Assembly (NCBI GenBank): GCA_041747555.1
Contig: JBGTEY010000010.1
Coordinates: forward strand, 2,958-66,957
DNA: 64,000 nucleotides
Direction: 5' to 3'
Source: Patescibacteria group bacterium
Lineage (GTDB): Bacteria > Patescibacteriota > Microgenomatia > UBA1400 > PJMF01
Positions 57,879 through 64,000 of this stretch are shown in pieces; position 1 is the first letter of the stretch, and every line of letters starts with the position of its first letter. A program made the translations under genes and the position numbers. Below the pieces are notes generated by a model. The model searched no databases. It worked only from the letters and a program-made list of their open reading frames with translations, and was not told the origin of the DNA.

Positions 57879-59650
57879 AGCAAACCCCCCTCACTACCAA
57901 CCGACTGCAGAGACTAGTCATTAAGGCAGCAGGAGAGTCAGGGCAAGGCGTCAACTCTGTCGGTGAAGTCTTTGCCAAGTCAATCAAAGAAAGTGGGCTC
58001 TATACCTTTGGATACAGAGAGTATCCATCTCTCATCAAAGGCGGCTGGGCATCACATCAAATTGATATTTCTTCGACTCCAATTAATAGCTCGTCGTCGC
58101 ACTGCGATATCTTGATGTGCCTGAGTCGAGTTTCTGTAAAAGCGTACATGACTACTGTTCGTCCTGGCGGCACGATCGTGCACGCGATCCCTAAATTATT
58201 TTTTACCGAAGAAGAAAAGACATTTCTTGAACAAAATCAAATTGCGGTCAAGCACGTTCCAGCCGCAAAAATTGCCATAGAAACAGGCGGTATGTCTGTA
58301 ATGGCAAACACAGTGCTCGTTGGAGTTGTGTGGCGCATGATGGGTTTGGAACTTAAACCAGTTGAAGCAGTTATTGCCAGCACATTTGCAAAAAAACCAG
58401 ACGTCATTGAGCCTAATGTTGCTTGCTTACGAGCGGGTCACACATTCGATATAGGAGAATTTCAGTTGAAAGGTCCAGTATTTACGTTTGATCCCACACT
58501 GGAATCCACAATGCTCATCACTGGGAATCACGCCCTCTCGCTCGGAGCTGTTGCGGCTGGTGTGAGAGTATTTTACGCCTACCCAATGACGCCTAGCAGT
58601 TCAATTTTGTCCTATTTAGCAAGTATTTACCATAAAACTGGCATGGTGGTAAAGCAAATTGAGGACGAAATCACGGTTGCACAAATGGGTTTAGGATCAA
58701 TGTTTGCGGGAACTCGCGCCCTAGTTGCTACATCTGGTGGAGGATTTGATTTGATGACAGAGACAGTATCGCTGTCTGGAATGACAGAGACTCCATTCGT
58801 TTGTATTTTGGCGCAGCGGCCAGGTCCTGCGACTGGTTTGCCAACCTGGACGAGCGCGAGTGATTTAAATATTGCGGTGTACGCTGGACATGGTGAATAC
58901 ACTCGATTGGTTGTGGCGGGAAGCGATCTATCCTCGTGCTACACACTTATCCAAAAAGCTTTTAATTTCGCAGAAAAATATCAAATTCCTGTGATTGTGC
59001 TCACTGAGAAACAAATAGCCGAGTCACTTTTCCAACTCAGAGATTTTCCCAAGGATGAGCCAATCGAGCGACATTTTGTGCCAGAACAAGAGCGGTCGGC
59101 GCTCGTAAGTAGTGACAGGTTTGCTTTAACAGAATCAGGAGTATCCAAGCGATGGGCTCCTGACATGGCAGAAGCTACTTATGACGCAAATAGCGACGAA
59201 CACCTCGAGGATGGTAGTTTGACTGAAGACGCAGAACCCTCGCAAGCAATGTACGAAAAGCGTCTCAGAAAAGCCAACACGCTCAAAATGGAACTCCCTG
59301 AACCAGAATTTTACGGATTAAAAGATGCAGTGATGACCTTTGTGGGTTGGGGAAGTGTCAAGCACGCCGTAATTGACGCCCTTGCACTCTGGAATACAGA
59401 ACGACCTGACATGACGTGCAACTATCTGCACTATGAATATCTCTGGCCGTTGAGAACTGACACCTTTAAGGAATTAATTGCTCAAAATCAACCCATGGTC
59501 TTGATCGAGCAAAATGCATTTGGTCAATTAGGAGCGCTTCTCACCCAGGAAACGGGCTATATGTTTAAAGAAAAACTGCTTAAATACGACGGAAGACCAT
59601 TTTTTGTTGAAGACTTGATTGGATTTTTGGAAGAGAGGAGTTCGTCATGA
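57875..59650 (+). CDS. 2-oxoacid:ferredoxin/flavodoxin oxidoreductase alpha subunit (gamma-fused)
   Basis: GESGQGV, YPSLIKGG, YPMTP, EDE, TSGGGF, QRPGPATGLPT. Confidence 0.95.
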   Translation: MKQTPLTTNRLQRLVIKAAGESGQGVNSVGEVFAKSIKESGLYTFGYREYPSLIKGGWASHQIDISSTPINSSSSHCDILMCLSRVSVKAYMTTVRPGGTIVHAIPKLFFTEEEKTFLEQNQIAVKHVPAAKIAIETGGMSVMANTVLVGVVWRMMGLELKPVEAVIASTFAKKPDVIEPNVACLRAGHTFDIGEFQLKGPVFTFDPTLESTMLITGNHALSLGAVAAGVRVFYAYPMTPSSSILSYLASIYHKTGMVVKQIEDEITVAQMGLGSMFAGTRALVATSGGGFDLMTETVSLSGMTETPFVCILAQRPGPATGLPTWTSASDLNIAVYAGHGEYTRLVVAGSDLSSCYTLIQKAFNFAEKYQIPVIVLTEKQIAESLFQLRDFPKDEPIERHFVPEQERSALVSSDRFALTESGVSKRWAPDMAEATYDANSDEHLEDGSLTEDAEPSQAMYEKRLRKANTLKMELPEPEFYGLKDAVMTFVGWGSVKHAVIDALALWNTERPDMTCNYLHYEYLWPLRTDTFKELIAQNQPMVLIEQNAFGQLGALLTQETGYMFKEKLLKYDGRPFFVEDLIGFLEERSSS

Positions 59651-60543
59651 GTTGCACCCACGCATGTCAAACTGGCGCACCTAAAATTGCAGATTACTTT
59701 TCTAAAAATATTTATACTTGGTGCACTAATTGTGGTAATTATGGAATTCATGGAGCACTTAAACGAGCGCTCGTTGCGCAAAAAATCCCCCCTTGCAAGG
59801 CGGTTTTATGTTTTGACATCGGGTGTAATGGTAACGGTTCTGACAAAATAGACGGCTATCGTTTTCACGGTCTCCATGGTCGTATAATTTCATTTGCAAG
59901 TGGGGTGGCTGTAGCTAACTCCAATTTGATGGTCGTGGCGTCTGCTGGGGATGGCGCAACTTTTGGAGAAGGGATTGGACATTTAATTCATGGAATTCGA
60001 GGGAATTATAATATTACGTTTTTGTTTCATAATAATTTGAATTATGGCCTGACCAAGGGTCAAGCCTCTCCTACCACCAAGCCAGGAACAGGCATGAACT
60101 CATCTCCAGACGGCATTAATTCTGAACCAGTGCATCCAATGAGATTGGTGTTGGCGCTTAATCCAACGTTTGCAGCAAGAAGTTTCTCTGGTGACGTCAA
60201 ACATCTAGATCATGTTCTACAGCGAGCCATGTTGCATCGGGGGTTTAGTTTTGTAGAAATTTTGCAAAGTTGTCCCACCTATAATAAGCAAACTCCGCAT
60301 GAATGGTATCAAGAACGCGTTTTTGATGTCGGTAGCTTAGAAAACTATGACGCGAGTTCTCTGACTTCAGCCATGCAAGTATCGGCTGATTTAGAAGAAA
60401 AAGTAGCTGTAGGCGTACTGTATCAAGATAAAAGTCGTAGGCCATTTATTGAAAATCAAGCAAATAGAATGGAATACACAACTACTGTAGTAGAAGAAGT
60501 ACTCCCATTTGACATTGCAGAACTTGCAAATACATTTCGATAG
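59647..60543 (+). CDS. 2-oxoacid oxidoreductase beta subunit (TPP-binding)
   Basis: WCTNCGN, IGC, HGR, GDG, NLNYGLTKGQASPT, QSCPTY. Confidence 0.95.
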   Translation: MSCTHACQTGAPKIADYFSKNIYTWCTNCGNYGIHGALKRALVAQKIPPCKAVLCFDIGCNGNGSDKIDGYRFHGLHGRIISFASGVAVANSNLMVVASAGDGATFGEGIGHLIHGIRGNYNITFLFHNNLNYGLTKGQASPTTKPGTGMNSSPDGINSEPVHPMRLVLALNPTFAARSFSGDVKHLDHVLQRAMLHRGFSFVEILQSCPTYNKQTPHEWYQERVFDVGSLENYDASSLTSAMQVSADLEEKVAVGVLYQDKSRRPFIENQANRMEYTTTVVEEVLPFDIAELANTFR

Positions 60544-60564
60544 CAGACCGTTTACAATAAAACT

Positions 60565-61350
60565 ATGAACCAAATCCAGCAAGTGCCTGCCCGGCAAGAA
60601 ATACCAGAATTAGATCCTCACGAGCTTGAACTCCCTCCCATTGCGCAACAATCCTATTTTGACGACGTGCCAGCAGAAGATTTGCAATCGGTGCCGTTTC
60701 CTCGTAAAGCACTTTTTGCAATCTTGATAGCGCTTGGGTTATTTGTGCTATTTGGTGGATGGTGGTGGTATGAGCAGCAGCAACCGACTCAAACCGTGAT
60801 TCAAGACTTCCAACTCGAGGATCAAAGTGATCTTGGTGATGAAGAATTTACTGAGAACGGTAATCAAATGGAACTAGAAAATGGGATGCTGACTGAGCCA
60901 GTAGAAATATTTACAATCCCCGCTGACTCGAGATGGGAAGATAATCGCTGGCGTTTTGAACTGACTCAAGTGCACTTAGCACCACAGGTGTCTGATTTGA
61001 TAGAAGAAAATGGAGAAGTCTTCGCAGACAATAATTACCTCGTATTCGAAATCACCGTCACAGATACTAGAGATGTGGGTGAGTCCCGCATTGTGTTGGC
61101 GCATGATTATGTGAATATTCGAAGAGAAAGTAGAAATGAGACGCCACTTGGTGAAAATTATCTCTCGCTCTTTCCGGGACAATCTGATACCGTCTTCGTA
61201 ATTTTTCGAGTACCTCAAGATGAATTAACCTTTTTAGGATTGACCGGAATATTATCTAATCCATACCTTGTAGAGATTGATACTTCAGATCCAGCAGCCC
61301 TGCAGCGGGTTGGCTTACTGCTCAAAGAAGAAGGGTATGTTGAAAACTAA
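60565..61350 (+). CDS. hypothetical single-TM protein with extracellular beta domain (DUF4352-like)
   Basis: One TM; YLVFEITVT...LFPGQS...VIFRVP. Confidence 0.65.
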   Translation: MNQIQQVPARQEIPELDPHELELPPIAQQSYFDDVPAEDLQSVPFPRKALFAILIALGLFVLFGGWWWYEQQQPTQTVIQDFQLEDQSDLGDEEFTENGNQMELENGMLTEPVEIFTIPADSRWEDNRWRFELTQVHLAPQVSDLIEENGEVFADNNYLVFEITVTDTRDVGESRIVLAHDYVNIRRESRNETPLGENYLSLFPGQSDTVFVIFRVPQDELTFLGLTGILSNPYLVEIDTSDPAALQRVGLLLKEEGYVEN

Positions 61351-61395
61351 CTCATGTCTTCGAATTGAAAGAGTTTCATAGTATAGTGCGTTCAT

Positions 61396-62262
61396 ATGCC
61401 GGATAAATTTGCAGCTACTTGGGTATCTCATTCATCAATGTCAGATTTTTTACAGTGTCCGCGGGCATATTACTTAAAGAACGTGTACAAAGATCCCAAT
61501 ACAGGCCACAAAGTTCAAATTGTTTCACCTGCACTTGCGCTCGGTTCGGCTGTGCATGAAGTTATCGAGGCACTCTCAGAGACACCTACAGACAAGCGTT
61601 TCTCAAAATCTCTTATCGAGCAATTCGAAGTAGTCTGGAAAAAACACAAGGGCAAGCGCGGTGGTTTCCATGATCAAGCTCAAGAAGACCAGTATAAGGA
61701 GCAAGGACATGAGATGCTTCGCAGAGTCATGAAGAATCCTGGTCCACTCAAAAATCTGGCGGTCAAGATTAAGGCGGACCTCCCACAATACTGGTTGTCA
61801 GAGAATGACGAAATCATACTGTGTGGAAAGATCGACTGGCTTGAATATTTCCCCGATCGGGATTCAGTCCACATCATTGACTTCAAGACAAGCAAGCGCA
61901 AAGATGCCAATTCAACGCTTCAATTACCAATTTACAACCTACTCGCCAGCAATACTCAGCGCCGAAAAGTAGAAAAAGCCAGCTACTGGTTTCTTCGTCT
62001 TGAGGATGAACCAGAAGAGCAAGTATTGCCTGACCTCTCAGATGCTCACGAACAAATTCTAACTATTGCCAAGCAAGTTAAGCTCGCCAGAAAGCTCGAG
62101 CGTTTTCCGTGTTCGCAAGGAACGGGCTGTTTTGCCTGTCGTCCGATGGAAGAAATTTTGGCAGGAAATGCAGAACTTGTCGGTGAAAACGACTTTCGGC
62201 AAGATATGTATATTCTAAATTCACCCATAGATGAGGAAAAAATGAGCAGTGAAATTTTATAA
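61396..62262 (+). CDS. PD-(D/E)XK nuclease (RecB/AddB/Cas4-like)
   Basis: SHSS...F..CPRAYY, G...H, GKID, IIDFKT, QL..Y, C-terminal C....C..C. Confidence 0.9.
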   Translation: MPDKFAATWVSHSSMSDFLQCPRAYYLKNVYKDPNTGHKVQIVSPALALGSAVHEVIEALSETPTDKRFSKSLIEQFEVVWKKHKGKRGGFHDQAQEDQYKEQGHEMLRRVMKNPGPLKNLAVKIKADLPQYWLSENDEIILCGKIDWLEYFPDRDSVHIIDFKTSKRKDANSTLQLPIYNLLASNTQRRKVEKASYWFLRLEDEPEEQVLPDLSDAHEQILTIAKQVKLARKLERFPCSQGTGCFACRPMEEILAGNAELVGENDFRQDMYILNSPIDEEKMSSEIL

Positions 62263-62322
62263 ACCTACAAGGCAAAATTGCCCTTTACATTTACTTTAAA
62301 ATCTGAGCATAATGGATAACAT

Positions 62323-63075
62323 ATGAAATACGCTAAATACCTCTCCTCATTTTTTGTGGGTGCCTTCATCTTCCTTGCACTTGCCTCTAATGCACATGCC
62401 GCACAACTTAATGAAGCCTACCTTAGGTTAGACAGAATGAAGGCATCGACAACCACAGGTGGTACCGTTTGTGCAAAAATCGCAACGACTGCTAGCACAG
62501 ATGCCAAACTGCTCGTTACGTTTCCTACTGGCTTTACCGTTAATACCACTGCAGGCAATTGGACTGTCACAACCACTAACCTCCCAGATGGTGCAACCGC
62601 TATGCCTGGAATCAGCACTGCTACTGCAGCTAGCGGACAAATAGTGACGTTTCCGATCACAGACATCAGTTCTGACACTACACTCTACTGCTTCAACTTC
62701 ACCGGCACGGATACCCTGACGACACCAGGCGCAGGTAGCGATCTAACAGGCACTATTGCAACAACAACCTCAGCGGATGCCGCAATTGATAGTGGAGCAT
62801 ATGCGACCTCAATCATCTCAGATGATCAGATTTCTGTAACCGCTACAGTGCCTTCTACCTTCACATTGGCATTGTCAGCAAACAGTCAAGCACTTGGTAC
62901 ACTCAGCACGGGTTCAGTCACTTCAGGGTCTGGAGTAGATGTCACCGTGACCACAAACGCTGGAAATGGATGGATTGGATGGGTCTTAAGCGCCAACCAA
63001 GCACTTGACTCGACAGCAACAGGTGCATCAATTGCTACCTCTGGAACTGTCGATAACTCACCCACAACACTCTGA
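62323..63075 (+). pseudogene. secreted Thr-rich surface protein, probably truncated by IS insertion
   Basis: Signal peptide (AHA); beta-rich; its TGA is formed by host T plus the first GA of the apparent IS end and the ORF stops mid-domain. Confidence 0.7.
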
Positions 63076-64000
63076 GACCGTTCAAAAACGGTCACCTTTT
63101 TCACCTAGTTTAGATTGGTAAATCGTTCCCAATTAGTGTTTTGACTCAGTCAAACGTATGATTGAGGGATGAAAAACAATCCAATATGCCCCAAATGTAG
63201 AAATAAATCGTGGAAGAAAGGAAAACGCCACGGCAAAATTAAGTACCAATGTCAAACCTGTAAACACTGGTTTCAAGTCAATCGTAGTCGAGAAAAGATT
63301 GAACCAAAAAAGTTATTAATTCAACATTTAAGTGGCATTTCATTTCGAAATTTGGCCGATTTGCACGATTGCAGTGTCGGCACAGCATACAATCGGGTCG
63401 AACAAGGACTTAAAAAGCTTCCAACCTGTATTGACGTCACTCGGTGGTATTGTCAGAAATTTCAAGGTATTTTATTGGTTGATGGCAAATATGTGAAAGT
63501 CAAGAAAAACACACGAAAAATTCCAGTTTTGTACGGCGTAGACTACAAAACACACGACATTCCACACTATCGCCTGACCAAAGCCGAAGACTATTTAAAC
63601 TGCAAAAAGTACTTTGAATCAATCAAATTAACAGATTACCCACTCCAAGCAATTGTTTGTGATGACAATATCAATATTTATAACGCAGCAAAATATGTGT
63701 TTCCAAATGTAGTTATTCAACTTTGCCATGTTCACTTCTTGAGGAATGTAAAATACTCACTTGATCTAGATACAAACCAATATCACCAACTTTTTTATCC
63801 AGTCTTGAGTAAATTATTAATTGAAAAACGAAGCAAGCAAGACTTTGAAAAGAAGGCAGCGAATCTGGTCAAACAATTTTCAAAAGATGAAGTATGTAGT
63901 AGTATTTTAATTGATTTAGCAAGGAAACAGTCACTTCTGCAAGGCTATCTGCAGCATTGTGGAACTCCCACAACCACAAACTTAATTGAGTCCATGAACT
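63074..64000 (+). mobile_element. IS256/Mutator-like insertion sequence (left part)
   Basis: Begins GAGACCGTTCAAAAAC (a GAG end fits IS256); transposase follows; abrupt composition change. Confidence 0.75.
63169..64000 (+). CDS. IS256-like DDE transposase with N-terminal Zn ribbon (3' partial)
   Basis: CPKC...CQTC; LLVDGKY; VCDD; QLCHVHFLRN; TTNLIESMN; open to window end. Confidence 0.88.
   Translation, partial: MKNNPICPKCRNKSWKKGKRHGKIKYQCQTCKHWFQVNRSREKIEPKKLLIQHLSGISFRNLADLHDCSVGTAYNRVEQGLKKLPTCIDVTRWYCQKFQGILLVDGKYVKVKKNTRKIPVLYGVDYKTHDIPHYRLTKAEDYLNCKKYFESIKLTDYPLQAIVCDDNINIYNAAKYVFPNVVIQLCHVHFLRNVKYSLDLDTNQYHQLFYPVLSKLLIEKRSKQDFEKKAANLVKQFSKDEVCSSILIDLARKQSLLQGYLQHCGTPTTTNLIESMN

Noticed and set aside
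1-64000. Alternative genetic code, tRNA/rRNA genes, prophage
   Set aside because: TGA ends conserved genes at expected lengths; no cloverleaf, rRNA signatures or phage genes were noticed by eye

Overview
Bacterial chromosomal DNA in genetic code 11 (TGA used as stop). Gene content and style suggest a CPR/Patescibacteria (Microgenomates-like) genome; this is inference from fermentative genes, single-TM surface proteins, many orphans and pervasive leaderless promoters. The left ~20 kb is an accessory patchwork of single-gene units: DUF2200, two NUDIX, Zn-ADH, wHTH-HATPase-STAS, TspO, DinB-like, a MazG-like + DUF2075 nuclease-helicase pair, baeRF, GT4 and DUF1801. These units show a striking per-gene sawtooth C/G skew suggestive of a cassette-like array. 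The middle holds surface glycan-binding proteins, ABC-F, a DEAD helicase, typA, truB, CarD and an envelope redox/metal cluster (MsrQ-like, DoxX, cupredoxin, DipZ, Fur-ZIP, a two-component system, BlaI/BlaR-DsbA) with several readable operator motifs. The right end carries pgi, SulP, an acetate-CoA ligase/flavodoxin/2-oxoacid oxidoreductase operon, a PD-(D/E)XK nuclease and an IS256-like element that interrupts a secreted-protein gene and runs off the window. No rRNA, tRNA or CRISPR array was seen. Product calls come from motif recognition only; no database searches were run.
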